Notes under the pieces: generated by a model
Database searches by the model: none
The model's input: only the letters and a program-made list of their open reading frames with translations
What the model was told of the DNA's origin: nothing
DNA from: Eledone cirrhosa
Lineage: Eukaryota
Direction of reading: 5' to 3'
Assembly: GCA_964016885.1 (NCBI GenBank)
Contig: OZ024744.1
Span: forward strand, 135,284,001-135,348,000
Length of the DNA stretch: 64,000 nucleotides
Program-made: the position numbers and the translations under genes
In this document: one piece after another, positions 12,001 to 25,800 of the stretch
How the letters are laid out: each line of letters opens with the position of its first letter
Position numbering within the stretch: the stretch's first letter is position 1

Positions 12001-14857
12001 TAAGTTGCGGTTATATTAAGTTGGGGTTAAGTTAAGTTGGGGTTAAGTTAAGTTGGGGTTAAGTTAAGTTGGGGTTAATTTAAGTTGGGGTTAAGTTAAG
12101 TTGGGGTTAAGTTCAGTTGGGGTTGAGTTAAGTTGGGGTTGAGTTAAGTTGGGGTTAAGTTAAGTTGGGGGTAAGTTAAGTTGGGGGTGAGTTAAGTTGG
12201 GGTTAATTTAAGTTGGGGTTCAATTAAGTTGCGGTTATATTAAGTTGGGGTTAAGTTCAGTTGGGGTTGAGTTAAGTTGGGGTTGAGTTAAGTTGGGGTT
12301 AAGTTAAGTTGGGGTTGAGTTAAGTTGGGGTTAAGTTAAGTTGGTGTTAAGATAAGTTGGGGTTAAGTTAAGTTGGGGTTGAGTTAAGTTGGGGTTGAGT
12401 TAAGTTGGGGTTAAGTTAAGTTGGGGTTAAGTTAAGTTGGGGTTAAGTTAAGTTGGGGGTAAGTTAAGTTGGGGTTAAGTTAAGTCGGGGTTAAGTTGGG
12501 GTTAAGTTAAGTTAGGGTTAAGTTAAGTTTGGGTTGAGTTAAGTTGGGGTTAAGTTAAGTGGTGGTTATGTTAAGTTGGGGTTAAGTTAAGTTGGGGTTA
12601 AGTTAAATTGGGGTTAAGTTAAGTTGCGGTTAAGTTAAGTTGGGGTTAAGTTAAGTTGGGGTTAAGTTAAGTTGGGGTTAAGTTAAGTTGGGGTTAAGTT
12701 AAGTCGGGGTTAAGATAAGTTGGGGTTAAGTTGGGGTTAAGTTAAGTTGGGATTAAGTTAATTTGGGGTTAAGTTAAGTTGGGGTTAAGTTAAGTTGGGG
12801 TTAAGTTAAGTTGAGGTTAAGTTAAGTTGGGGTTAAATTAAGTTGGGGTTAAGTTAAGCTGGGGTTAAGTTAAGTTGGGGTTAATTAAATTGGGTTTCAG
12901 TTAAGTTGGGGTTAATTTAAGTTGGGGTTAAGTTAAGTTGGGGTTAAGTTAAGTTGGTTAGTTAAGTTGAGTTTAAGTTAAGTTGGGGTTAAGTTAAGTT
13001 GCGGTTAAGTTAAGTTGGGGTTAAGTTAAGTTGGGGTTAAGTTAAGTTGGGGTTAAGTTAAGTTGGGGTTAAGTTAAGTTGGTGTTAAGTTAAGTTGGGG
13101 CTAAGTTAAGTTGGGGCTGAGTTAAGTTGGGGCTGAGTTAAGTTGGGGTTAAGTTAAGTTGGGGTTGAGTTAAGTTGGCGTTAAGTTAAGTTGGGGTTAA
13201 GTTGGGGTTAAGTTAAGTTCGGGTTAAGTTAAGTTTGGGTTAAGTTGGGGTTAAATTAAGTTGGGGTTAAGTTAAGTTGGGGTTTAGTTAAGTTGGGGTT
13301 AAGTTAAGTCGGGGTTAATTTAAGTTGGGGTTAAGTTAAGTTGCGGGTAATTTAAGTTGGAGTTAAGTTAAGTTGGGGTTAAGTTAAGTTGGGGTTAAGT
13401 TAAGTTGGGGTTAAGTTAATTTAGGGGTAAGTTAAGTTGGGGGTAAGTTAAGTTGGGGGTAAGTTAAGTTGGGGTTAAGTTAAGTTGGGGTTAAGTTAAG
13501 TTAGGGTTAAGGTAAGTTGGGGTTGAGTTAAGTTGGGGTTAAGTTAAGTTGGGGTTATGTTAAGTTGGGGTTAAGTTAAGTTGCGGTTAAGTTAAGTTGG
13601 TGTTAAGTGAAGTTGGGGTTAAGTTAACTTGGGGTTAAGTTAAGTTGGGGTTAAGTTAAGTTGGGGTTAAGTTAAGTTGGGGTTCAGTTAGATTGTGGTT
13701 AAGTTAAGTTGGGGTTAAGTTAAGTTGGGGTTAAGTTAAGTTGGGGTTAAGTTAAGTTGGGGTTGAGTTAATTTGGGGTTAACTTAAGTTGGGGGTACTT
13801 AAGTTGGGTTTAAGTTAAGTGGGGTTAAGTTAAGTTGGGGTTAAGTTAAGTTGGGGTTAAGTTAAGTTGGGGTTAAGTTAGGTTGTGGTTAAGTTAAGTT
13901 GGGGGTAAGTTAAGTTGGGGTTAATTTAAGTTGGGTCTAATTAAGTTGGGGTTAAGTTAAGTTGGGGTTAAGTTAAGTTGGGGTTGAGTTAATTTGGGGT
14001 TAAATTAAGTTGGGGGTACTTAAGTTTGGTTTAAGTTAAGTGGGGTTAAGTTAAGTTGGGGTTAAGTTAAATTGGGGGTAAGTTAAGTTGGGGGTAAGTT
14101 AAGTTGGAGTTAATTTAAGTTGGGTCAAATTAAGTTGGGGTTAAGTTAAGTTGGGGTTAAGTTAAGTTGGGGTTAAATTAAGTTGGAGTTAAGTTAAGTT
14201 GGGGTTAAATTAAGTTGGGGTTAAGTTAAGTTGGGGTTAAGTTAAGTTGGGGTTAAGTTAAGTTGGGGGTCAGTTAAGTTGGTGGTAAGTTAAGTTGGTG
14301 GTAAGTTAAGATGGGGTTGAGTTAAGTTGGGGTTAAGTTAATTTGGGGTTAAGTTAGGGTTAAGTTAAGTTGGGGTTGAGTTAAGTTGGGGTTAAGTTAA
14401 GTTGGGGTTATGTTAAGTTGGGGTTAAGTTAAGTTGGGGTTAAGATGAGTTGGGGTTCAGTTAAGTTGCGGTTAAGTTAAGTTGGGGTTAAGTTAAGTTG
14501 GGGTTAAGTTAAGTTGGCGTTAATTTAAGTTGGGGTTAAGTTAAGTTGGGGTTAAGTTAAGTTGGGGTTAAATTAAGTTGGGGTTAAGTTAAGTTGGGGT
14601 TAATTTAAGTTGGGGATAAGATAAGTTGGGGTTAAGTTAAGTTGGGGTTGAGTTAAGTTGGGGTTGAGTTAATTTGGGGTTAACTTAAGTTGGGGTTAAG
14701 TTAAGTTGGGGTTAAGTTAAATTGGGGTTAAGTTAAGTTGGGGTTAAGTTAAGTTGGGGCTAAGTTAAGTTGGTGGTAAGTTAAGTTGGGGGTAAGTTAA
14801 GATGGGGTTAAGTTAAGTTGGGGTTAAGTTAATTTGGGGTTAAGTTAGGGTTAAGTT
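9073..14857 (+). repeat. Tandem higher-order duplication, 2888-bp unit x2
   Basis: Marker variants recur at +2888: TTCAG C9082/C11970, TTCGGG C10332/C13220, GGGGATAAGAT A11728/A14616. A few mismatches were seen (about 9727, 10855, 13601, 14299). Confidence 0.9.
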
Positions 14858-17800
14858 AAGTTGGGGTTGAGTTAAGTTGGGGTTAAGTTAAGTTGGGGTT
14901 ATGTTAAGTTGGGGTTAAGTTGAGTTGGGGTTAAGTTAAGTTGGGGTTAAGTTACGTTGGGGTTAATTTAAGTTGGGGTTAAGTTAAGTTGGGGTTAATT
15001 TAAGTTGGGGTTAAGTTAAGTTGGGGTTAAGTTAAGTTGGGGTTAAATTAAGTTGGGGTTAAGTTAAGTTGGGGTTAATTTAAGTTGGGGTTCAGTTAAG
15101 TTGCGGTTATATTAAGTTGGGGTTAAGTTAAGTTGGGGTTAAGTTAAGTTGGGGTTAAGTTAATTTGGGGTTAATTTAAGTTGGGGTTAAGTTAAGTTGG
15201 GGTTAAGTTAATTTGTGGTTAAGTTAAGTTGGGGTTAAGTTCAGTTGGGGTTAAGTTCAGTCGGGGTTAAGTTAAGTTGGGGTTGAGTTAAGTTGGGGTT
15301 GAGTTAAGTTGGGGTTGAGTTAAGTTGGGGTTAAGTTAAGTTGGTGTTAAGATAAGTTGGGGTTAAGTTAAGTTGGGGTTGAGTTATGTTGGGGTTGATT
15401 TAATTTGGGGTTAAGTTAAGTTGGGGTTAACTTAAGTTGGGTTTAAGTTAAGTTGGGTTTAAGTTAAGTTGGGGTTAAATTAAGTTGGGGTTAAGTTAAG
15501 TTGGGGGTAAGTTAAGTTGGGGTTAGTTAAGTTGCGGTTAAGTTAAGTTGGGGTTAAGTTAAGTTGGGGTTAAGTTAAGTTGGGGTTAAGTTAAGTTGGG
15601 GTTAATTTAAGTTGGGGTTAAGTTAAGTTGGGGTTAATTTAAGTTGGGGTTAATTTAAGTTGGGGTTAAGTTAAGTTGGGGTTAAGTTAAGTTGGGGTTA
15701 AGTTAAGTTGGGGGTAACTTAAGTTGGGGGTGAGTTAAGTTGGGGTTAATTTAAGTTGGGGTTAAGTTGGGGTTAAGTTAAGTTAGGGTTGAGTTAAGTT
15801 GGGGTTGAGTTAATTTGGGGTTAACTTAAGTTGGGGTTAAGTTAAGTTGGGGTTAAGTTAAATTGGGGTTAAGTTAAGTTGGGGTTAAGTTAAGTTGGGG
15901 CTAAGTTAAGTTGGTGGTAAGTTAAGTTGGGGGTAAGTTAAGATGGGGTTAAGTTAAGTTGGGGTTAAGATAAGTTGGGGTTAAGTTAAATTGGGGTTAA
16001 GTTAAGTTGCGGTTATGTTAAGTTGGGGTTAAGTTAAGTTGGGGTTAAGTTAAGTTGGGGTTAAGTTAAGTTGGGGTTAAGTTAAGTCGGGGTTAAGATA
16101 AGTTGGGGTTAAGTTAAGTTGGGATTAAGTTAATTTGGGGTTAAGTTAAGTTGGGTTTAAGTTAAGTTGGGGTTAAGTTAAGTTGGGGTTAAGTTAAGTT
16201 GGGGTTAAGTTAAGTTGGGGTTAAATTAAGTTGGGGTTAAGTTAAGTTGGGGTTAATTTAAGTTGGGGATAAGATAAGTTGGGGTTAAGTTAAGTTGGGG
16301 TTGAGTTAAGTTGGGGTTGAGTTAATTTGGGGTTAACTTAAGTTGGGGTTAAGTTAAGTTGGGGTTAAGTTAAATTGGGGTTAAGTTAAGTTGGGGTTAA
16401 GTTAAGTTGGGGCTAAGTTAAGTTGGTGGTAAGTTAAGTTGGGGATAAGTTAAGATGGGGTTAAGTTAAGTTGGGGTTAAGTTAATTTTGGGTTAAGTTA
16501 GTGTTAAGTTAAGTTGGGGTTGAGTTAAGTTGGGGTTAAGTTAAGTTGGGGTTATGTTAAGTTGGGGTTAAGTTGAGTTGGGGTTAAGTTAAGTTGGGGT
16601 TAAGTTAAGTTGGGGTTAATTTAAGTTGGGGTTAAGTTAAGTTGGGGTTAATTTAAGTTGGGGTTAAGTTAAGTTGGGGTTAAGTTAAGTTGGGGTTAAA
16701 TTAAGTTGGGGTTAAGTTAAGTTGGGGTTAATTTAAGTTGGGGTTCAGTTAATTTGGGGTTAATTTAAGTTGGGGTTAAGTTAAGTTGGGGTTAAGTTAA
16801 TTTGTGGTTAAGTTAAGTTGGGGTTAAGTTCAGTTGGGGTTAAGTTCAGTCGGGGTTCAGTTAAGTTGGGGTTAAGTTAAGTTGGGGTTAAATTAAGTTG
16901 GGGTTAAGTTAAGTTGGGGTTAAGTTAAGTTGGGGTTAAGTTAATTTGGGGTTAATTTAAGTTGGGGTTAAGTTAAGTTGGGGTTAAGTTAATTTGTGGT
17001 TAAGTTAAGTTGGGGTTAAGTTCAGTTGGGGTTAAGTTCAGTCGGGGTTCAGTTAAGTTGGGGTTGAGTTAAGTTGGGGTTAAGTTAAGTTGGGGTTGAG
17101 TTAAGTTGGGGTTAAGTTAAGTTGGTGTTAAGATAAGTTGGGGTTAAGTTAAGTTGGGGTTGAGTTATGTTGGGGTTGATTTAATTTGGGGTTAAGTTAA
17201 GTTGGGGTTAACTTAAGTTGGGTTTAAGTTAAGTGGGGTTTAAGTTAAGTTGGGGTTAAATTAAGTTGGGGTTAAGTTAAGTTGGGGGTAAGTTAAGTTG
17301 GGGTTAGTTAAGTTGCGGTTAAGTTAAGTTGGGGTTAAGTTAAGTTGGGGTTAAGTTAAGTTGGGGTTAAGTTAAGTTGGGGTTAATTTAAGTTGGGGTT
17401 AAGTTAAGTTGGGGTTAATTTAAGTTGGGGTTAATTTAAGTTGGGGTTAAGTTAAGTTGGGGTTAAGTTAAGTTGGGGTTAAGTTAAGTTGGGGGTAACT
17501 TAAGTTGGGGGTGAGTTAAGTTGGGGTTAATTTAAGTTGGGGTTAAGTTGGGGTTAAGTTAAGTTAGGGTTAAGTTAAGTTGGGGTTGAGTTAAGTTGGG
17601 GTTAAGTTAAGTGGTGGTTATGTTAAGTTGGGGTTAAGTTAAGTTGGGGGTAAGTTAAATTGGGGTTAAGTTAAGTTGCGGTTATGTTAAGTTGGGGTTA
17701 ATTTAAGTTGGGGTTAAGTTAAGTTGGGGTTAAGTTAAGTTGGGGTTAAGTTAAGTCGGGGTTAAGATAAGTTGGGGTTAAGTTAAGTTGGGATTAAGTT

Positions 17801-20800
17801 AATTTGGGGTTAAGTTAAGTTGGGGTTAAGTTAAGTTGGGGTTAAGTTAAGTTGAGGTTAAGTTAAGTTGGGGTTAAATTAAGTTGGGGTTAAGTTAAGC
17901 TGGGGTTAAGTTAAGTTAGGGTTAATTAAATTGGGTTTCAGTTAAGTTGGGGTTAATTTAAGTTGGGGTTAAGTTAAGTTGGGGTTAAGTTAAGTTGGTT
18001 AGTTAAGTTGAGTTTAAGTTAAGTTGGGGTTAAGTTAAGTTGCGCTTAAGTTAAGTTTGGGTTAAGTTAAGTTGGGGTTAAGTTAAGTTGGGGTTAAGTT
18101 AAGTTGGGGTTAAGTTAAGTTGGTGTTAAGTTAAGTTGGGGCTAATTTAAGTTGGGGCTGAGTTAAGTTGGGGCTGAGTTAAGTTGGGGTTAAGTTAAGT
18201 TGGGGTTGAGTTAAGTTGGGGTTACGTTAAGTTGGGGTTAAGTTAAGTTGGGGTTAAGTTAAGTTGGGGTTTAGTTAAGTTGGGGTTCAGTTAAGTTGGG
18301 GTTAAGTTAAGTTTGGGTTAAGTTGGGGTTAAATTAAGTTGGGGTTAAGTTAAGTTGGGGTTTAGTTAAGTTGGGGTTAAGTTAAGTCGGGGTTAATTTA
18401 AGTTGGTGTTAAGTTAAGTTGCGGGTAATTTAAGTTGGAGTTAAGTTAAGTTGGGGTTAAGTTAAGTTGGGGTTAAGTTAAGTTGGGGTTAAGTTAAGTT
18501 GGGGTTAAGTTAAGTTAGGGGTAAGTTAAGTTGGGGGTAAGTTAAGTTGGGGGTAAGTTAAGTTGGGGTTAAGTTAAGTTGGGGTTAAGTTAAGTTAGGG
18601 TTAAGGTAAGTTGGGGTTGAGTTAAGTTGGGGTTAAGTTAAGTTGGGGTTATGTTAAGTTGGGGTTAAGTTAAGTTGCGGTTAAGTTAAGTTGGGGTTAA
18701 GTGAAGTTGGGGTTAAGTTAACTTGGGGTTAAGTTAAGTTGGGGTTAAGTTAAGTTGGGGTTAAGTTAAGTTGGGGTTAACTTAGATTGTGGTTAAGTTA
18801 AGTTGGGGTTAAGTTAAGTTGGGGTTAAGTTAAGTTGGGGTTAAGTTAAGTTGGCGTTAATTTAAGTTGGGGTTAAGTTAAGATGGGGTTAAGTTAAGTT
18901 GGGGTTAAGTTAATTTGGCGTTAAGTTAAGTTGGGGTTGAGTTAATTTGGGGTTAACTTAAGTTGGGGGTACTTAAGATGGGTTTAAGTTAAGTGGGGTT
19001 AAGTTAAGTTGGGGTTAAGTTAAGTTGGGGTTAAGTTAAGTTGGGGTTAAGTTAGGTTGTGGTTAAGTTAAGTTGGGGGTAAGTTAAGATGGGGTTAAGT
19101 TAAGTTGGGGTTAAGTTAATTTGGGGTTAAGTTAGGGTTAAGTTAAGTTGGGGTTGAGTTAAGTTGGGGTTAAGTTAAGTTGGGGTTATGTTAAGTTGGG
19201 GTTAAGTTAAGTTGGGGTTAAGATGAGTTGGGGTTCAGTTAAGTTGCGGTTAAGTTAAGTTGGGGTTAAGTTAAGTTGGGGTTAAGTTAAGTTGGGGTTA
19301 AGTTAAGTTGGCGTTAATTTAAGTTGGGGTTAAGTTAAGTTGCGGTTAAATTAAGTTGGGGTTAAGTTAAGTTGGGGTTGAGTTAAGTTGGGGTTAAGTT
19401 AAGTTGGGGTTATATTAAGTTGGAGTTAAGTTAAGTTGGGGTTAAGTTAAGTTGGGGTTCAGTTATGTTGGGGTTAAGATGAGTTGGGGTTCAGTTAAGT
19501 TGCGGTTAAGTTAAGTTGGGGTTAAGTTAAGTTGGGGTTAAGTTAAGTTGGGGTTAAGTTAAGTTGGCGTTAATTTAAGTTGGGGTTAAGTTAAGTTGGG
19601 GTTAAGTTAAGTTGGGGTGAAATTAATTTGGGGTTAAGTTAAGTTGGGGTTAATTTAAGTTGGGGTTAAGATAAGTTGGGGTTAAGTTAAGTTGGGGTTG
19701 AGTTAAGTTGGGGTTGAGTTAATTTGGGGTTAAGTTAAGTTGGGGTTAAGTTAAGTTGGGGTTAAGTTAGGTTGTGGTTAAGTTAAGTTGGGGTAAGTTA
19801 AGTTGGGGTTAAGTTAAGTTGGGGTTAAATTAAGTTGGGGTTAAGTTAAGTTGGGGTTAAATTAATTTGGGGTTAAGTTAAGTTGGGGTTAAGTTAAATT
19901 GGGGTTAAGTTGAGTTGGGGTTAAGTTAAGTTGGGGTTAAGTTAAGTTGGGGTTAATTTAAGTTGGGGTTAAGTTAAGTTGGGGTTAAATTAATTTGGGG
20001 TTAAGTTAAGTTGGGGTTAAGTTAAATTGGGGTTAAGTTGAGTTGGGGTTAAGTTAAGTTGGGGTTAAGTTAAGTTGGGGTTAATTTAAGTTGGGGTTCA
20101 ATTAAGTTGCGGTTATATTAAGTTGGGGTTAAGTTAAGTTGGGGTTAAGTTAAGTTGGGGTTAAGTTAATTTGTGGTTAAGTTAAGTTGGGGTTAAGTTC
20201 AGTTGGGGTTGAGTTAAGTTGGGGTTGAGTTAAGTTGGGGTTAAGTTAAGTTGGGGGTAAGTTAAGTTGGGGGTGAGTTAAGTTGGGGTTAATTTAAGTT
20301 GGGGTTCAATTAAGTTGCGGTTATATTAAGTTGGGGTTAAGTTCAGTTGGGGTTGAGTTAAGTTGGGGTTGAGTTAAGTTGGGGTTAAGTTAAGTTGGGG
20401 TTGAGTTAAGTTGGGGTTAAGTTAAGTTGGTGTTAAGATAAGTTGGGGTTAAGTTAAGTTGGGGTCGAGTTAAGTTGGGGTTAAGTTAAGTTGGGGTTAA
20501 GTTAAGTTGGGGTTAAGTTAAGTTGGGGGTAAGTTAAGTTGGGGTTAAGTTAAGTCGGGGTTAAGTTAAGTTGGGGTTAAGTTAAATTGGGGCTAAGTTA
20601 AGTTTGGGTTGAGTTAAGTTGGGGTTAAGTTAAGTGGTGGTTATGTTAAGTTGGGGTTAAGTTAAGTTGGGGTTAAGTTAAATTGGGGTTAAGTTAAGTT
20701 GCGGTTAAGTTAAGTTGGGGTTAAGTTAAGTTGGGGTTAAGTTAAGTTGGGGTTAAGTTAAGTTGGGGTTAAGTTAAGTCGGGGTTAAGATAAGTTGGGG

Positions 20801-22822
20801 TTAAGTTGGGGTTAAGTTAAGTTGGGATTAAGTTAATTTGGGGTTAAGTTAAGTTGGGGTTAAGTTAAGTTGGGGTTAAGTTAAGTTGAGGTTAAGTTAA
20901 GTTGGGGTTAAATTAAGTTGGGGTTAAGTTAAGCTGGGGTTAAGTTAAGTTGGGGTTAATTAAATTGGGTTTCAGTTAAGTTGGGGTTAATTTAAGTTGG
21001 GGTTAAGTTAAGTTGGGGTTAAGTTAAGTTGGTTAGTTAAGTTGAGTTTAAGTTAAGTTGGGGTTAAGTTAAGTTGCGGTTAAGTTAAGTTGGGGTTAAG
21101 TTAAGTTGGGGTTAAGTTAAGTTGGGGTTAAGTTAAGTTGGGGTTAAGTTAAGTTGGGGTTAAGTTAAGTTGGTGTTAAGTTAAGTTGGGGCTAAGTTAA
21201 GTTGGGGCTGAGTTAAGTTGGGGCTGAGTTAAGTTGGGGTTAAGTTAAGTTGGGGTTGAGTTAAGTTGGCGTTAAGTTAAGTTGGGGTTAAGTTAAGTTG
21301 GGGTTAAGTTAAGTTGGGGTTAAGTTAAGTTGGGGTTTAGTTAAGTTGGGGTTCAGTTAAATTGGGGTTAAGTTAAGTTTGGGTTAAGTTGGGGTTAAAT
21401 TAAGTTGGGGTTAAGTTAAGTTGGGGTTTAGTTAAGTTGGGGTTAAGTTAAGTCGGGGTTAATTTAAGTTGGGGTTAAGTTAAGTTGCGGGTAATTTAAG
21501 TTGGAGTTAAGTTAAGTTGGGGTTAAGTTAAGTTGGGGTTAAGTTAAGTTGGGGTTAAGTTAAGTTAGGGGTAAGTTAAGTTGGGGGTAAGTTAAGTTGG
21601 GGGTAAGTTAAGTTGGGGTTAAGTTAAGTTAGGGTTAAGGTAAGTTGGGGTTGAGTTAAGTTGGGGTTAAGTTAAGTTGGGGTTATGTTAAGTTGGGGTT
21701 AAGTTAAGTTGCGGTTAAGTTAAGTTGGGGTTAAGTGAAGTTGGGGTTAAGTTAACTTGGGGTTAAGTTAAGTTGGGGTTAAGTTAAGTTGGGGTTAAGT
21801 TAAGTTGGGGTTCAGTTAGATTGTGGTTAAGTTAAGTTGGGGTTAAGTTAAGTTGGGGTTAAGTTAAGTTGGGGTTAAGTTAAGTTGGGGTTGAGTTAAT
21901 TTGGGGTTAACTTAAGTTGGGGGTACTTAAGTTGGGTTTAAGTTAAGTGGGGTTAAGTTAAGTTGGGGTTAAGTTAAGTTGGGGTTAAGTTAAGTTGGGG
22001 TTAAGTTAGGTTGTGGTTAAGTTAAGTTGGGGGTAAGTTAAGTTGGGGTTAATTTAAGTTGGGTCTAATTAAGTTGGGGTTAAGTTAAGTTGGGGTTAAG
22101 TTAAGTTGGGGTTGAGTTAATTTGGGGTTAACTTAAGTTGGGGGTACTTAAGTTGGGTTTAAGTTAAGTGGGGTTAAGTTAAGTTGGGGTTAAGTTAAAT
22201 TGGGGGTAAGTTAAGTTGGGGGTAAGTTAAGTTGGAGTTAATTTAAGTTGGGTCAAATTAAGTTGGGGTTAAGTTAAGTTGGGGTTAAGTTAAGTTGGGG
22301 TTAAATTAAGTTGGAGTTAAGTTAAGTTGGGGTTAAATTAAGTTGGGGTTAAGTTAAGTTTGGGTTAAGTTAAGTTGGGGGTCAGTTAAGTTGGTGGTAA
22401 GTTAAGTTGGGGGTAAGTTAAGATGGGGTTGAGTTAAGTTGGGGTTAAGTTAATTTGGGGTTAAGTTAGGGTTAAGTTAAGTTGGGGTTGAGTTAAGTTG
22501 GGGTTAAGTTAAGTTGGGGTTATGTTAAGTTGGGGTTAAGTTAAGTTGGGGTTAAGATGAGTTGGGGTTCAGTTAAGTTGCGGTTAAGTTAAGTTGGGGT
22601 TAAGTTAAGTTGGGGTTAAGTTAAGTTGGGGTTAAGTTAAGTTGGCGTTAATTTAAGTTGGGGTTAAGTTAAGTTGGGGTTAAGTTAAGTTGGGGTTAAA
22701 TTAAGTTGGGGTTAAGTTAAGTTGGGGTTAATTTAAGTTGGGGATAAGATAAGTTGGGGTTAAGTTAAGTTGGGGTTGATTTAAGTTGGGGTTGAGTTAA
22801 TTTGGGGTTAACTTAAGTTGGG

Positions 22823-25800
22823 GTTAAGTTAAGATGGGGTTAAGTTAAATTGGGGTTAAGTTAAGTTGGGGTTAAGTTAAGTTGGGGCTAAGTTAAGTTG
22901 GTGGTAAGTTAAGTTGGGGGTAAGTTAAGATGGGGTTAAGTTAAGTTGGGGTTAAGTTAATTTGGGGTTAAGTTAGGGTTAAGTTAAGTTGGGGTTGAGT
23001 TAAGTTGGGGTTAAGTTAAGTTGGGGTTATGTTAAGTTGGGGTTAAGTTGAGTTGGGGTTAAGTTAAGTTGGGGTTAAGTTAAGTTGGGGTTAATTTAAG
23101 TTGGGGTTAAGTTAAGTTGGGGTTAATTTAAGTTGGGGTTAAGTTAAGTTGGGGTTAAGTTAAGTTGGGGTTAAATTAAGTTGGGGTTAAGTTAAGTTGG
23201 GGTTAATTTAAGTTGGGGTTCAGTTAAGTTGCGGTTATATTAAGTTGGGGTTAAGTTAAGTTGGGGTTAAGTTAAGTTGGGGTTAAGTTAATTTGGGGTT
23301 AATTTAAGTTGGGGTTAAGTTAAGTTGGGGTTAAGTTAATTTGTGGTTAAGTTGGGGTTAAGTTCAGTTGGGGTTAAGTTCAGTCGGGGTTAAGTTAAGT
23401 TGGGGTTGAGTTAAGTTGGGGTTAAGTTAAGTTGGGGTTGAGTTAAGTTGGGGTTAAGTTAAGTTGGTGTTAAGATAAGTTGGGGTTAAGTTAAGTTGGG
23501 GTTGAGTTATGTTGGGGTTGATTTAATTTGGGGTTAAGTTAAGTTGGGGTTAACTTAAGTTGGGTTTAAGTTAAGTTGGGTTTAAGTTAAGTTGGGGTTA
23601 AATTAAGTTGGGGTTAAGTTAAGTTGGGGGTAAGTTAAGTTGGGGTTAGTTAAGTTGCGGTTAAGTTAAGTTGGGGTTAAGTTAAGTTGGGGTTAAGTTA
23701 AGTTGGGGTTAAGTTAAGTTGGGGTTAATTTAAGTTGGGGTTAAGTTAAGTTGGGGTTAATTTAAGTTGGGGTTAATTTAAGTTGGGGTTAAGTTAAGTT
23801 GGGGTTAAGTTAAGTTGGGGTTAAGTTAAGTTGGGGGTAACTTAAGTTGGGGGTGAGTTAAGTTGGGGTTAATTTAAGTTGGGGTTAAGTTGGGGTTAAG
23901 TTAAGTTAGGGTTAAGTTAAGTTGGGGTTGAGTTAAGTTGGGGTTAAGTTAAGTGGTGGTTATGTTAAGTTGGGGTTAAGTTAAGTTGGGGTTAAGTTAA
24001 ATTGGGGTTAAGTTAAGTTGCGGTTATGTTAAGTTGGGGTTAAGTTAAGTTGGGGTTAAGTTAAGTTGGGGTTAAGTTAAGTTGGGGTTAAGTTAAGTCG
24101 GGGTTAAGATAAGTTGGGGTTAAGTTAAGTTGGGATTAAGTTAATTTGGGGTTAAGTTAAGTTGGGGTTAAGTTAAGTTGGGGTTAAGTTAAGTTGAGGT
24201 TAAGTTAAGTTGGGGTTAAATTAAGTTGGGGTTAAGTTAAGCTGGGGTTAAGTTAAGTTAGGGTTAATTAAATTGGGTTTCAGTTAAGTTGGGGTTAATT
24301 TAAGTTGGGGTTAAGTTAAGTTGGGGTTAAGTTAAGTTGGTTAGTTAAGTTGAGTTTAAATTAAGTTGGGGTTAAGTTAAGTTGCGGTTAAGTTAAGTTT
24401 GGGTTAAGTTAAGTTGGGGTTAAGTTAAGTTGGGGTTAAGTTAAGTTGGGGTTAAGTTAAGTTGGGGTTAAGTTAAGTTGGTGTTAAGTTAAGTTGGGGC
24501 TAATTTAAGTTGGGGCTGAGTTAAGTTGGGGCTGAGTTAAGTTGGGGTTAAGTTAAGTTGGGGTTGAGTTAAGTTGGGGTTACGTTAAGTTGGGGTTAAG
24601 TTAAGTTGGGGTTAAGTTAAGTTGGGGTTTAGTTAAGTTGGGGTTCAGTTAAGTTGGGGTTAAGTTAAGTTTGGGTTAAGTTGGGGTTAAATTAAGTTGG
24701 GGTTAAGTTAAGTTGGGATTTAGTTAAGTTGGGGTTAAGTTAAGTCGGGGTTAATTTAAGTTGGTGTTAAGTTAAGTTGCGGGTAATTTAAGTTGGAGTT
24801 AAGTTAAGTTGGGGTTAAGTTAACTTGGGGTTAAGTTAAGTTGGGGTTAAGTTAAGTTGGGGTTAAGTTAAGTTAGGGGTAAGTTAAGTTGGGCGTAAGT
24901 TAAGTTGGGGGTAAGTTAAGTTGGGGTTAAGTTAAGTTGGGGTTAAGTTAAGTTAGGGTTAAGGTAAGTTGGGGTTGAGTTAAGTTGGGGTTAAGTTAAG
25001 TTGGGGTTATGTTAAGTTGGGGTTAAGTTAAGTTGCGGTTAAGTTAAGTTGGGGTTAAGTGAAGTTGGGGTTAAGTTAACTTGGGGTTAAGTTAAGTTGG
25101 GGTTAAGTTAAGTTGGGGTTAAGTTAAGTTGGGGAAGTTGGGGTTAAGTTAAGTTGGGGTTAAGTTAAGTTGGGGTTAAGTTAAGTTGGCGTTAATTTAA
25201 GTTGGGGTTAAGTTAAGATGGGGTTAAGTTAAGTTGGGGTTAAGTTAATTTGGGGTTAAGTTAAGTTGGGGTTGAGTTAATTTGGGGTTAACTTAAGTTG
25301 GGGGTACTTAAGTTGGGTTTAAGTTAAGTGGGGTTAAGTTAAGTTGGGGTTAAGTTAAGTTGGGGTTAAGTTAAGTTGGGGTTAAGTTAGGTTGTGGTTA
25401 AGTTAAGCTGGGGGTAAGTTAAGATGGGGTTAAGTTAAGTTGGGGTTAAGTTAATTTGGGGTTAAGTTAGGGTTAAGTTAAGTTGGGGTTGAGTTAAGTT
25501 GGGGTTAAGTTAAGTTGGGGTTATGTTAAGTTGGGGTTAAGTTAAGTTGGGGTTAAGATGAGTTGGGGTTCAGTTAAGTTGCGGTTAAGTTAAGTTGGGG
25601 TTAAGTTAAGTTGGGGTTAAGTTAAGTTGGGGTTAAGTTAAGTTGGCGTTAATTTAAGTTGGGGTTAAGTTAAGTTGGGGTTAAGTTAAGTTGCGGTTAA
25701 ATTAAGTTGGGGTTAAGTTAAGTTGGGGTTTATTTAAGTTGGGGTTAATTAAGTTGGGGTTAAGTTAAGTTGGGGTTAAGTTAAGTTGGGGTTAACTTAA

